Shown one piece after another: positions 1 through 12,447 of a DNA stretch of 64,000 nucleotides. The position numbers and the translations under genes were made by a program. This stretch comes from Holophagaceae bacterium (GTDB lineage Bacteria; Acidobacteriota; Holophagae; Holophagales; Holophagaceae). Position 1 is the first letter of the stretch. Each line of letters opens with the position of its first letter. Location: NCBI GenBank assembly GCA_035758545.1, contig DASTWQ010000073.1, forward strand, positions 7,274 to 71,273, written 5' to 3'. The notes below the pieces were generated by a model. It was not told where the DNA came from and searched no databases. It saw only the letters and a program-made list of their open reading frames with translations.

Positions 1-94
1 AGGAGCCACCGGCGAAGGCAAATATCTTAGCTTCCACTAAATAAAATATTAGTCAACAATACTAAGATTTTGACAACCATCCCAAAAACAGGAC

Positions 95-123
95 TTGACG
101 CGTCCTCGACGCTTTTCCATGAT
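95..123 (+). promoter_or_regulatory. putative sigma70-type promoter of groES-groEL
   Basis: TTGACG (95-100), a 17-nt spacer, then CATGAT (118-123), directly abutting the CIRCE operator. The region upstream is AT-rich. Confidence 0.4.
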
Positions 124-149
124 TAGCACTCGACGAAGATGAGTGCTAA
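123..149. promoter_or_regulatory. CIRCE operator (HrcA-type heat-shock repressor site)
   Basis: TTAGCACTC-N9-GAGTGCTAA, a perfect match to the CIRCE inverted-repeat consensus, about 40 nt upstream of the groES ATG. Confidence 0.92.
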
Positions 150-189
150 CACCCCCAGCGCGGGGACTCATCCATCCCAGGAGGAACCC

Positions 190-477
190 ATGGCGATCAA
201 GCCCCTCTACGACCGCGTGCTGCTCAAGCGCGTGGAGCCCGCCGAGACCATCAAGGGCGGGATCATCATTCCCGACACCGCCAAGGAGAAGCCCATGGAG
301 GCCGAGGTGGTGGCCGCGGGCGAAGGCAAGTTCGACGACGGCGGCAAGCGCATGCCCATGTCCGTCAAGGCCGGCGACAAGGTCCTGATCGGCAAGTACA
401 GCGGCACCGAGGTGAAGCTGGACGGCGTGGACCACGTGATCGTGCGCGAGGACGAGATCCTCGCCGTGCTGTCCTGA
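190..477 (+). CDS. groES: co-chaperonin GroES
   Basis: [17 protein letters not shown]...IPDTAKEKP is a canonical GroES sequence. The ATG at 190 is preceded by AGGAGG. The ORF-track start at 139 lies inside CIRCE and adds 17 non-conserved residues. Confidence 0.95.
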   Translation: MAIKPLYDRVLLKRVEPAETIKGGIIIPDTAKEKPMEAEVVAAGEGKFDDGGKRMPMSVKAGDKVLIGKYSGTEVKLDGVDHVIVREDEILAVLS

Positions 478-555
478 CGGACAGCGCCAGGCTCTGGGCC
501 TTCGGCTCCAGGCTTTCGCCAAACACTTGGCAAACGCCTAGAGCCAAGAGCCTAA

Positions 556-2238
<1,683 letters not shown>

Positions 2239-2287
2239 AGGGCAAGGCAAGGCTGGAAGCCGGAGACTGGAGGCTTCCTGAAACGGA

Positions 2288-2316
2288 AAGGCCCCGCGAT
2301 TGCGGGGCCTTTCCCT
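2288..2316 (+). terminator. rho-independent terminator after groEL
   Basis: AAAGGCCCCGC-GATT-GCGGGGCCTTTCCCTT forms a GC stem followed by a T-rich tail. A second hairpin, GGAAGCC...GGCTTCC, lies at 2245-2268. Confidence 0.6.
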
Positions 2317-2356
2317 TGTCCCGGGGCGCCGATCCCGGTAGCGTCTCCGCAACCTC

Positions 2357-4363
<2,007 letters not shown>

Positions 4364-5134
4364 TCAGAGCCGCCGGAGGACCCGCTCGATGGAGACCGCC
4401 TTCCGGCCCTCGGTGGTCACGAGGACGGCGTGCAGCTGGAGGTCCCCGGAGGCGACCTCGTATTTCGCGCGGAGGGGCCCGAGGAAGCGGGCCAGGCTCG
4501 CCTCCTTGCGCATCCCGATGACGCCCTCGTAGGGGCCCGTCATGCCGATGTCCGTGACGTAGGCGGTGCCGCCGGGCAGCACCTTGGCGTCCAGGGTGGG
4601 CACGTGGGTGTGGCTTCCCACCACCGCCGCCGCCCGGCCGTCCAGGTGCCAGCCCATGGCCTGGGCCTCGCTCGTGGCCTCCGCGTGCATGTCCACCAGC
4701 ACGAGGTCGGCGCGCTCCTTCTGGAGGAGGGCGTCCACGCAGCGGAAGGGGTCGTCGCAGGGGGGCATGTGGACCCGGCCCATGAGGTTCACCACCAGGA
4801 CCTCCTCCCCGGAGCGGGTGTGGAGCTTCGCGAAGCCTTGGCCTGGGGTGGACGGCGGGTGGTTCGCCGGCCGCAGCAGGCGGGGCTCCTGCCGGAAATA
4901 GGCCTCGATGCCCTTCACGTCGAAGGCGTGGTTGCCGGTGGTGATGACATCCACGCCGAGCTCCCCGAACCACTGGCGGGCGATGGCCTCGGTGATCCCG
5001 TGGCCGTGGGCGGCGTTCTCGCCGTTCACCACGACGAAGTCCAGCGCCAGCTCCCGCCGGAGCACCGGCAGGTGCGCTTCCAGGAGCCGGCGCCCCGGCT
5101 CGCCCACCACATCGCCCAGACAGAGGATCCGCAT
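4364..5134 (-). CDS. ymdB: YmdB-family metallophosphoesterase (2',3'-cyclic-nucleotide phosphodiesterase)
   Basis: MRILCLGDVVGEPGR, NGENAAHGHG, GNHAFD, DMHAEATSE and GSHTHVPT are collinear with Bacillus YmdB. Confidence 0.9.
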   Translation of the reverse strand: MRILCLGDVVGEPGRRLLEAHLPVLRRELALDFVVVNGENAAHGHGITEAIARQWFGELGVDVITTGNHAFDVKGIEAYFRQEPRLLRPANHPPSTPGQGFAKLHTRSGEEVLVVNLMGRVHMPPCDDPFRCVDALLQKERADLVLVDMHAEATSEAQAMGWHLDGRAAAVVGSHTHVPTLDAKVLPGGTAYVTDIGMTGPYEGVIGMRKEASLARFLGPLRAKYEVASGDLQLHAVLVTTEGRKAVSIERVLRRL

Positions 5135-5150
5135 CCCTCCAGGCTAAAAG

Positions 5151-5177
5151 AAAACGGGCGGCTCGCGCCGCCCGTTT
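5151..5177 (-). terminator. rho-independent terminator after the TonB-dependent receptor gene
   Basis: On the minus strand: ACGGGCGGC-GCGA-GCCGCCCGT followed by TTTTCTTTT. Confidence 0.6.
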
Positions 5178-5196
5178 CCGTGGTCCTTCGCGTGGA

Positions 5197-8097
5197 TCAG
5201 AAGCTGAACCGCGCGCCCAGCTGCACCTGGCGGCCGGAAGGGAAGCCACCCACGCCCTGGGACGTGCTCAGCAGGGGATTGCCGTCATTGCTGGTCTTCG
5301 CGACGACATCATAGGTGTACTGATTGTGGTCGTTGAAGACATTGAAGACGTCGGCGCTCAGGGTGAGGGCCAGCTTCCGGGTGAATCGGAAGGCCTTGCG
5401 GAGGCCGAGATCCACGTAGGTGGTGGAGCCGTACCGGAAGGCGTTCCGGCCGGAATCCATGCCGTTCACGTAGAAGCGGTCGTTGCCGAAGATGCCGTCC
5501 TTGTTCAGGTCGCTGCCATAGGTGAGGCTGTAGGGCGATCCGGAGGCATATTTCACGGTGGTGCTGAACTGGATGCCGGTGTGGCGCTCCAGGTAGCTGA
5601 CGTAGCCGGTGACCACGTCGCGGCGGTCCGTGTCGGCGTAGCCCCAGTCGCCGCCCAGATTCTGAGTGTTCTGGGTGGAGTAGCTGGAGAAGTTCCGCTC
5701 GTTGGAGTCGTTGTCCTTGTTCGTGGAGCGGGTGTAGAAGAGCTGGGCCTCGAAGGGGCTGCCCTCCTGGTGGAACTTGGCGCTGAAGGTCAGGGCGTGG
5801 TACCAGCTCTCGACATCCGAGGTGTAGGCCATGATCTGCTTGTAGGCCGTGTTCGGGCGGACCGTCGGGAACACCTCGCGGCCGGCGGCGTTGGCGGTGG
5901 GCGTGCCCAGGTTCAGGTCCCTCAGGCGCTCCAGGTTCACGGCGTGCGCCGCGGCCCACTCCAGGCCCAGGACCCAGCCCCCGAAGGCGCGCTCCGCGCC
6001 CAAGCTCAGGCGGTCGGTGCGGGGGTTCTTGAAGTTCTGGTCGAAGGTGAAGACGTTGGTGGTGGGGATGGTCGCGCCCGTCGGGAAGGACGAGAAGGAG
6101 AAGGGATTGGCGGCGTTGAAGGCGCCGTTGATCGGAATCCCGAAGGTGGCGGCGTCGCCGGGGAAGAAGGACACGGAGGCGCCGCGGTAGCTGTTCGCCG
6201 CGAAGACCTGGTAGAGGAACACCGAAGGGGTCCGGCTGATGTAGCGACCGCCATTGAGGCGGACAACCGTCTTGCTGCCTTCTCCGCCGGGGGTCCAGGT
6301 CAGGCTGAACCGGGGCGAGAAGCCGCTGTCATTGGGGATCTTCGAGGTCAGGGGCAGGGGATTCGCGAGAATGTTGTTGGTGTCGAGGATCGGGAAGTCA
6401 GGATGCTCCTGACGGTCCCAGCGAAGACCCAGGCCGAACTTCAGGTAGTCATTCAGGCGCTGATCGAACTGCACAAAGGCCGCCATCTCCTTCTCGGAGG
6501 CGTCGAAGGTCCCCGCCTGCTTGGCGGTGAGGCCGTTGAGCCCGAAGAACTGCTGATAGCTGGACCAGGCGCCGTTCTCAAAATTGGTGAGGCTGGTGAA
6601 CCGGTAGCCGCCGGCGGAGAAGGCGGCGAACGTCTCGGAGACCTTGGTGTTGTTGTAGTCGATACCGGCCTTCAGCTGCGAGGTGGCGGTGACGAAGGAG
6701 AGGGTGTCCTTCAGCTGGGTGCGCTTGGTCTCGAATTCGCGGGTGAAGGGGTAGGTGCCGTAGTAGCTCGTGTTGGAGCCGTTCTGGCTGATCTGCACCT
6801 GGGGCAGGGTGGAGTGCGCTTCGCGGGGCAGCTCGTCCTTGACGTAGTTGACCTCGGCCTCGTTGAACCAGTTGGCGTTGATGGCCCAGTTCCACTGGAC
6901 CACGCCCTGGAGGGTCTTCACGTCATCGGAAGCGGTATTGCTGTACCCGGTGGAGATGCCCGTGCTGGTGAGGCCCTGGAACTTGGAGTAGTTGATGCGG
7001 AACTGCAGGGCGTGGTCGGCGTTCACGATCCAGTCGATGCGGCCGAAGGCGGTGTCGGAGTCCGACTTCTTGTCGTAATTCCCGCCCTGGGCGATCAGGG
7101 CCGCGTCATTGGCATTCGCGGGATTGAGGGTCAGCGGGTTGTCCTGGCCGCCCCAGATCTGGGTGATGGGCTCCGTGCGGCGCTGGCCGTCATAGACGAA
7201 GAAGTAGAAGAGCTTGTCCTTGATGATCGGGCCGCCCACGGAGAACCCGAACTGGTTCTGGGTGAAGTCGCCGATCTGCTTCTGGCTCCCGTTGATGACA
7301 GGCTCGTTGGCGATCATGTCCTTGGGGCGGGTGTAGAAGAAGACGCTGCCGCCGAAGTCGTTGGTGCCGCTCTTGGTGATGGCGTTCACGTAGCCGCCGC
7401 CCATGCGGCCGTACTCCGCGGAGGCGCCGTCGGTGACCACCTGGTACTCGCGGATGGCCTCGATGCTGACGGTGAAGGGGGTGGTGCCCTCGGCGGCGCC
7501 GGTCTGGCCGCCGAAGAAGGGCTCGTCCACGTCGCCGCCGTCGATCTGGATGGCGGTGTTCACGCCGCGCTGGCCGGCGATGGCCAGGTTGCCGCGCTGG
7601 TTGTCGACGATCACCTGCGGGGCCGAGGTGGCCAGGCTGGTGAAGGAGCGGTTCAGGACCGGCAGGTTCTGCAGGGCGTCGGGGTTGATGATGGCGGCCT
7701 GGGTGGCGCGCTCGGCGTCCACGGGGGCGGCCTGGGCGACCACCTCGACGGTGGCCACGGACTCGGCGGCCAGCTTCACGTTCAGGGGGGCGGCATCGCC
7801 GAGGTTCAGGTTCTCGTGGATGTTCGACGCAGTCTGGTAACCAGGCTTCGACACCGTCACCGCGTAGGGGCCGACAGGCAGGTTGACGGCGAGGTAGCGG
7901 CCGTTGCCGTTGGTCTGGACGACGCGGGTGAAGCCGGTCTCGTCGTTGCGGATGGAGATGGTGGCGTCAGCGAGCGGCTGGCCATTGGAATCGGTCACCT
8001 GGCCGGCGAGCTGGACGTTGACGCCCTGGGCCGCGAGGGGGGCGGCGGCGACAAGCAGGGCCATCAGGGCCGAGCCCTTCAAATGCCTCATGGTCAT
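5197..8097 (-). CDS. TonB-dependent outer-membrane receptor with CarboxypepD_reg-like N-terminal domain
   Basis: Signal peptide; VTDSNGQPLADATISIRN...GRYLAVNLPVGPYAVTVSKPGY (carboxypeptidase-regulatory fold); a long beta-barrel region ending in QLGARFSF. The start was chosen at MTMRHL because GGAGGA lies 7 nt upstream. Confidence 0.85.
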   Translation of the reverse strand: MTMRHLKGSALMALLVAAAPLAAQGVNVQLAGQVTDSNGQPLADATISIRNDETGFTRVVQTNGNGRYLAVNLPVGPYAVTVSKPGYQTASNIHENLNLGDAAPLNVKLAAESVATVEVVAQAAPVDAERATQAAIINPDALQNLPVLNRSFTSLATSAPQVIVDNQRGNLAIAGQRGVNTAIQIDGGDVDEPFFGGQTGAAEGTTPFTVSIEAIREYQVVTDGASAEYGRMGGGYVNAITKSGTNDFGGSVFFYTRPKDMIANEPVINGSQKQIGDFTQNQFGFSVGGPIIKDKLFYFFVYDGQRRTEPITQIWGGQDNPLTLNPANANDAALIAQGGNYDKKSDSDTAFGRIDWIVNADHALQFRINYSKFQGLTSTGISTGYSNTASDDVKTLQGVVQWNWAINANWFNEAEVNYVKDELPREAHSTLPQVQISQNGSNTSYYGTYPFTREFETKRTQLKDTLSFVTATSQLKAGIDYNNTKVSETFAAFSAGGYRFTSLTNFENGAWSSYQQFFGLNGLTAKQAGTFDASEKEMAAFVQFDQRLNDYLKFGLGLRWDRQEHPDFPILDTNNILANPLPLTSKIPNDSGFSPRFSLTWTPGGEGSKTVVRLNGGRYISRTPSVFLYQVFAANSYRGASVSFFPGDAATFGIPINGAFNAANPFSFSSFPTGATIPTTNVFTFDQNFKNPRTDRLSLGAERAFGGWVLGLEWAAAHAVNLERLRDLNLGTPTANAAGREVFPTVRPNTAYKQIMAYTSDVESWYHALTFSAKFHQEGSPFEAQLFYTRSTNKDNDSNERNFSSYSTQNTQNLGGDWGYADTDRRDVVTGYVSYLERHTGIQFSTTVKYASGSPYSLTYGSDLNKDGIFGNDRFYVNGMDSGRNAFRYGSTTYVDLGLRKAFRFTRKLALTLSADVFNVFNDHNQYTYDVVAKTSNDGNPLLSTSQGVGGFPSGRQVQLGARFSF

Positions 8098-8248
8098 GGA
8101 AAGTTCCTCCAAAAGTCAGGGTGCATAGGGCGCTCTGATATACCAAGCACAAAGTGGTGAACTTCCGGCTTCATCACTGCGCGGAACAAGGCCATGAAGC
8201 CCTTGTAAGCCCTCAAGCTGCTAGGCTTCCTCCATCCCGGGAACCCCC

Positions 8249-9991
8249 ATGACGCGCCTCCGATCCTGCCTGCCCGCCCTGCTCGTCGTCCTTCCCGCCG
8301 CCGCCCAGGGCTTCATGCCGGTGTCCGAGGTCCAGCCGGGGATGAAGGGCTACGGCAAGACCGTCTTCAAAGGCGGGAAGATCGAGCGCTTCGAGTTCGA
8401 GGTGCTGGGCATCCAGGCGGGCGCGGCCCCCGGCGGCGCCCGCATCCTGGTGCGCTGCAGCGGCGGTCCCCTGGCGGAGACGGGCATCATCGCCGGCATG
8501 AGCGGGAGCCCCTGCTACATCGGCGGCCGGCTGGTGGGCGCGCTCTCCACGGGCTTCACCTTCGAGAAGGACGCCATCGGCGGCATCACCCCCATCGAGG
8601 CCATGGTGGAGCAGCTCAAGGACGTGCCCGAGCAGCCCGGCCGCGGCACGCCCCTCGTCCTGCCCAAACTGGCCCCGCCGGCGGTGCTGAAGTCGGCCCT
8701 GCAGGGGCAGATGATCCCGGTGGCCTCCCTGTTCCCCGCGGAGCCCGGCGCCCTGCCGCTGCCGGTGGCGGGTTCGGCGCTCGGGCCGGAGACCCGGGCC
8801 CTCTGGCAGGGTCTGCCGGTCCAGTTCCTCGCGGCCCCGGCCCTCGCGCCGGATTCGAGCGCCTCCGCCAGCCCTCTGGAGCCCGGCGGCATGGCCGCCA
8901 TCAACCTGGTGCAGGGGGACCTCAACCTCACGGTGGGCGGGACCATCACCTACGTCCAGGGGCGGAAGCTGCTGCTCTTCGGCCATCCCCTCTTCAACCT
9001 GGGCGCCGTGGACCTGCCGCTCTGGTCCGCCAGCGTGGCCGCGGTGCTGCCCAGCTACGCCTCCTCCACCAAGCTCGCGCTGCCGGTGAAGGAGGTCGGC
9101 GCGCTCCGGGCGGACCGCCTGACCGGCGTGGCGGGGGTCCTCGGCGCCCAGGCCCGCATGATCCCGCTCCGCATCGGCCTCAACCTCGGGGGCCGGAAGA
9201 ACCTCGCCTTCAGCTACGAGATCATGGACCACCCGCTGCTCACGCCCCAGCTGGCGGCCACGGTGCTGAGCCAGACCCTGGAGTCGCAGGTGCGCGGGGT
9301 CGGCTTCCAGAGCCTCTCCCTCCAGGGGAACATCAAGCTCGCGGGGCAGGATCCCATCCAGATCGACAGCGTGGTCGCGGACTTGAACTCGACGCGGCTC
9401 GCCATGTTCCTGGGGGGCATGCTGCAGGCGGTCTGCTTCAACCCCTTCGAGAAGCCCGTCTTCGAGGGGATCAGCCTCACGGTGAAGGCGGAGGAGAAGC
9501 TCGACCTCGCCGGCGTGGCGGGCGTGCGGATCCTCAAGGGCCGAGTGCGGCCCGGCGAGACCCTTCCCATCCTCGTGACCCTGCAGAACGTCCAGGGCGT
9601 GCGGGAGCAGGCCACCCTCAACATTCCCATCCCGGAATCCGCCCGCCCCGGCAAGGCGACGCTGCTGGTGGGCGACGGCCTCAGCCTGATGGCCGCGGAT
9701 CCGGACCAGCAGTCCATCCAGGTCTCGAGCCTCACCGACGTGGTGCGGCTCCTCAACGGCGCCCTGAGGAACAACCATGCCTACGCTCTGCTGGTGCAGG
9801 ACGACGCCGGCGTGGGCGTCCGCGGCGGCCGAATCGAGGGCCTGCCGCCCTCGGTGGCGAACCTGGTGGCCTCGGACGGCGGCGCGGACAGTGGCCGCCT
9901 CAAGCGCCGCATCATCGGCCGGAGCGTCCTGCCCCTGGACCGGGAGGTCCGGGGCCTGGCCTCCATGGACCTCGAGATCGAAGTCGACTGA
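8249..9991 (+). CDS. SpoIVB-like peptidase S55 domain protein (secreted)
   Basis: Signal peptide, then EVQPGMKGYGKTVFKG...GIIAGMSGSPCYIGGRLVGA, the S55-type serine protease motif GMSGSP. Confidence 0.7.
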   Translation: MTRLRSCLPALLVVLPAAAQGFMPVSEVQPGMKGYGKTVFKGGKIERFEFEVLGIQAGAAPGGARILVRCSGGPLAETGIIAGMSGSPCYIGGRLVGALSTGFTFEKDAIGGITPIEAMVEQLKDVPEQPGRGTPLVLPKLAPPAVLKSALQGQMIPVASLFPAEPGALPLPVAGSALGPETRALWQGLPVQFLAAPALAPDSSASASPLEPGGMAAINLVQGDLNLTVGGTITYVQGRKLLLFGHPLFNLGAVDLPLWSASVAAVLPSYASSTKLALPVKEVGALRADRLTGVAGVLGAQARMIPLRIGLNLGGRKNLAFSYEIMDHPLLTPQLAATVLSQTLESQVRGVGFQSLSLQGNIKLAGQDPIQIDSVVADLNSTRLAMFLGGMLQAVCFNPFEKPVFEGISLTVKAEEKLDLAGVAGVRILKGRVRPGETLPILVTLQNVQGVREQATLNIPIPESARPGKATLLVGDGLSLMAADPDQQSIQVSSLTDVVRLLNGALRNNHAYALLVQDDAGVGVRGGRIEGLPPSVANLVASDGGADSGRLKRRIIGRSVLPLDREVRGLASMDLEIEVD

Positions 9992-9994
9992 CGG

Positions 9995-12127
9995 ATGGCA
10001 CCCATGCGCGCACGCACCCTCCTCCTCGCGGCCCTCGCCCTGGCCCTCCTCGCGCCGGCTTCCCTGGCCGCGGACCAGCCGAAGGCGCGGTTCGCGAGCT
10101 TCGACGACTGGATCGGCTCCGTCTCCAAGGGCGTGAGCGTCGGCGCGGACGGCGCCCTCCGGCTCGCCCCGGCCGAGCGCCGGGTGGGCCAGCTCCCGGA
10201 AGGGGTGATCTGGTGCGCCGCGCCGGACGGCCAGGGCGGTGCCTACCTCTCCGCCGGCACGGAAGGGAAGCTCTACCACTACGCCAACGGCCAGATGCGC
10301 CCCCTCGCCCAGGTGAAGGGCGGCATCGTCTTCGCGATGGCCAAGGTGGGCCAGGACCTCATCGTGGCGCCCAGCGGCGACGGCAAGCTCTACCGGGTCT
10401 CCAGCGCGGGGACCGTGAAGCCCTGGTGCGACCTGGAGGCGGGCACCGTGTGGGCCATGCGGGCCGAAGGCACCGAGGTGGTCTGCGCGGCGGGCGGCCC
10501 CTCGGGGGCCGTGCTGATCTCCGCCCGGGAAGGCGCCAGCCGCAAGCTGACGGGCCTCCCGGAGGAGACCGCCTTCACGGCCCTCTGCCCGGACGGCTCC
10601 GGCGGCTACTACGCCGGCACCCTGGGGCGGGGCCTGGTGGTCCACTACAACCGCGTCACGGACCGCCTTGAGATCCTCATGGACACGCCCTTCGAGGAGG
10701 TCCGCGCCCTGGCCTTCGAGGGCGGCGATCTCTACATCGGCGCGGACAACGGGCTGGCCTCCAGCCTGCAGAGCGGGAAACTGGAGAAGCGCGAGGGATT
10801 CCTGACCTCGGACCCGCAGGCCTCGCCCCGGTGCGCGGTGATCCGTCTGGCCAAGGACGGCGTGCCGCAGACCCTCTGGCAGAGCGCCCGGAGCCAGGTC
10901 TATGCGCTCCAGGCGTGGAAGGGCCGCATGCTGGTGGGCACCGGGAACCGCTCCCTCATCTTCGCCCTGCCCCTGGACGCGAAGGACCGGGACGCGAACC
11001 CCTTCGAGCTGCTCACCGAGCTGGGGGCCGGCCAGGCCACCGCCTTCCTGCCCGCGGGCGCGGAGCTGCTGGTTGCCGCCTCCAACCCCGCCGAGATCCA
11101 CGCCCTGTCCGAGCTCCAGGCCACGGAGGGCTCCCTGGAGTCCCCGGTGATCCGGGCCCAGCCCCTGGCGGACTGGGGCCGCGCGGTGCTCGACGCCGAG
11201 ACGCCGGAAGGGACCTCGGCGACCCTCCAGTTCCGCACGGGCTTCACCGAGGAGCCGGACGCCACCTGGACCCCCTGGACGCCGCCGCTCCGCAGCGGCG
11301 AGCTGCCGAGCCTCGCCCCCTCCCGCTTCGCCCAGTTCCGGGTGCGCCTCTCGGCCACCCGGGGCGGCGCCACGCCCGTGGCCCGGGCCGTCACGGTGCG
11401 CTACGCCAACCGGAACCTGCCGCCGCAGTGGGAGGGCGTCGACATCCTGCCGCCGGGCCTCGTCATCACCCGCAGCGCCCCGCCGGACGACATCGGCATC
11501 GAGCGCGTGCCCCTGGAGACCCAGAAGCTGATCCCCGCCCTGGGCTACGCCGGCAGCGAGCGGCGCAGCTTCCGCCGCGGGTCCCAGAGCTTCACCTTCC
11601 GCATCTCGGATCCCAACGGCGACCAGCTGGAGTTCCGGATCCGCCTGCTGCCGGACCGCGGCGCGCCGATCCCTCTGGAGGACCACTGGAAGGAGCGCTT
11701 CTTCGCCTTCGACACCCTGCCCGTGCCCGACGGCCGCTACCGCCTGGAGGTGACCGCCTCCGACGCGCCGAGCAACCCCTTCAACCTGGCCCAGACCTCC
11801 ACCTGGACCACGCCGGCCTTCGTCCTGGACCACACGCCGCCGGAGATCTCCGGGCTCACCGCCGCCCGGGAGGCCGGCGGCCTGCGGATCCGCTTCACCG
11901 CCACGGACGCCGCCTCGGTGGTGAAGGAGGCCGCCGTGAGCGCCGACGGCCAGACCTGGGTGGAGATCGCGCCCCAGGACCGGGTCTTCGACCAGGGCTC
12001 CGAGAGCTTCGACGTCACCCTTCCGCCGGAGCTGGTGAAGGGCGATCGGGTGCTGGTGCGGGCCACGGACGAGGGTGAGAATGAGCAGACGGCCACCGCG
12101 GCCGTCGGCGCCCCCGGGAAGAAATGA
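9995..12127 (+). CDS. secreted hypothetical protein (repeat/propeller-like N-terminal half, Ig-like C-terminal half)
   Basis: Signal peptide MRARTLLLAALALALLAPASLAA. Starts 3 nt after the S55 peptidase stop. Recurrent GxLY/GKLY strand-like repeats. I could not name a family. Confidence 0.65.
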   Translation: MAPMRARTLLLAALALALLAPASLAADQPKARFASFDDWIGSVSKGVSVGADGALRLAPAERRVGQLPEGVIWCAAPDGQGGAYLSAGTEGKLYHYANGQMRPLAQVKGGIVFAMAKVGQDLIVAPSGDGKLYRVSSAGTVKPWCDLEAGTVWAMRAEGTEVVCAAGGPSGAVLISAREGASRKLTGLPEETAFTALCPDGSGGYYAGTLGRGLVVHYNRVTDRLEILMDTPFEEVRALAFEGGDLYIGADNGLASSLQSGKLEKREGFLTSDPQASPRCAVIRLAKDGVPQTLWQSARSQVYALQAWKGRMLVGTGNRSLIFALPLDAKDRDANPFELLTELGAGQATAFLPAGAELLVAASNPAEIHALSELQATEGSLESPVIRAQPLADWGRAVLDAETPEGTSATLQFRTGFTEEPDATWTPWTPPLRSGELPSLAPSRFAQFRVRLSATRGGATPVARAVTVRYANRNLPPQWEGVDILPPGLVITRSAPPDDIGIERVPLETQKLIPALGYAGSERRSFRRGSQSFTFRISDPNGDQLEFRIRLLPDRGAPIPLEDHWKERFFAFDTLPVPDGRYRLEVTASDAPSNPFNLAQTSTWTTPAFVLDHTPPEISGLTAAREAGGLRIRFTATDAASVVKEAAVSADGQTWVEIAPQDRVFDQGSESFDVTLPPELVKGDRVLVRATDEGENEQTATAAVGAPGKK

Positions 12128-12447
12128 CCTTCGATCGCTTCTGGCCCGCCTACCTGGCCGAGCACCGCAGCCGGCGGAACCGCCGGCTGCACCTGGCCGG
12201 GACCCTGGGCTACCTGGCGCTGCTGGCGGCGCTGCTGGCGACGCGCCACTGGAGCTGGCTCTGGTCCGTGCCGGTGCTGGCCTACGGCTTCGCCTGGGCC
12301 GGCCACTTCCTGGTGGAGAAGAACCGCCCGGCGACCTTCCGGCACCCCTGGCTCTCGCTGATCGGCGACCACCGCATGGCCGCCCTCATGCTCACGGGGC
12401 GGCTGGACGCGGAGTTCACGCGGCTGGGGATCCCGACGAAGCCCTGA
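12124..12447 (+). CDS. DUF962 (Mpo1-like) membrane protein
   Basis: FWPAYLAEHRSRRNRRLHLAGT...YGFAWAGHFLVEKNRPATF. ATGA overlap with the upstream gene. Confidence 0.75.
   Translation: MTFDRFWPAYLAEHRSRRNRRLHLAGTLGYLALLAALLATRHWSWLWSVPVLAYGFAWAGHFLVEKNRPATFRHPWLSLIGDHRMAALMLTGRLDAEFTRLGIPTKP

Noticed and set aside
24-68. ATCTTAG ... CTAAGAT inverted repeat upstream of the groES promoter.
   Set aside because: It is a 7-bp arm in AT-rich DNA with a 31-nt spacer, which is compatible with chance.
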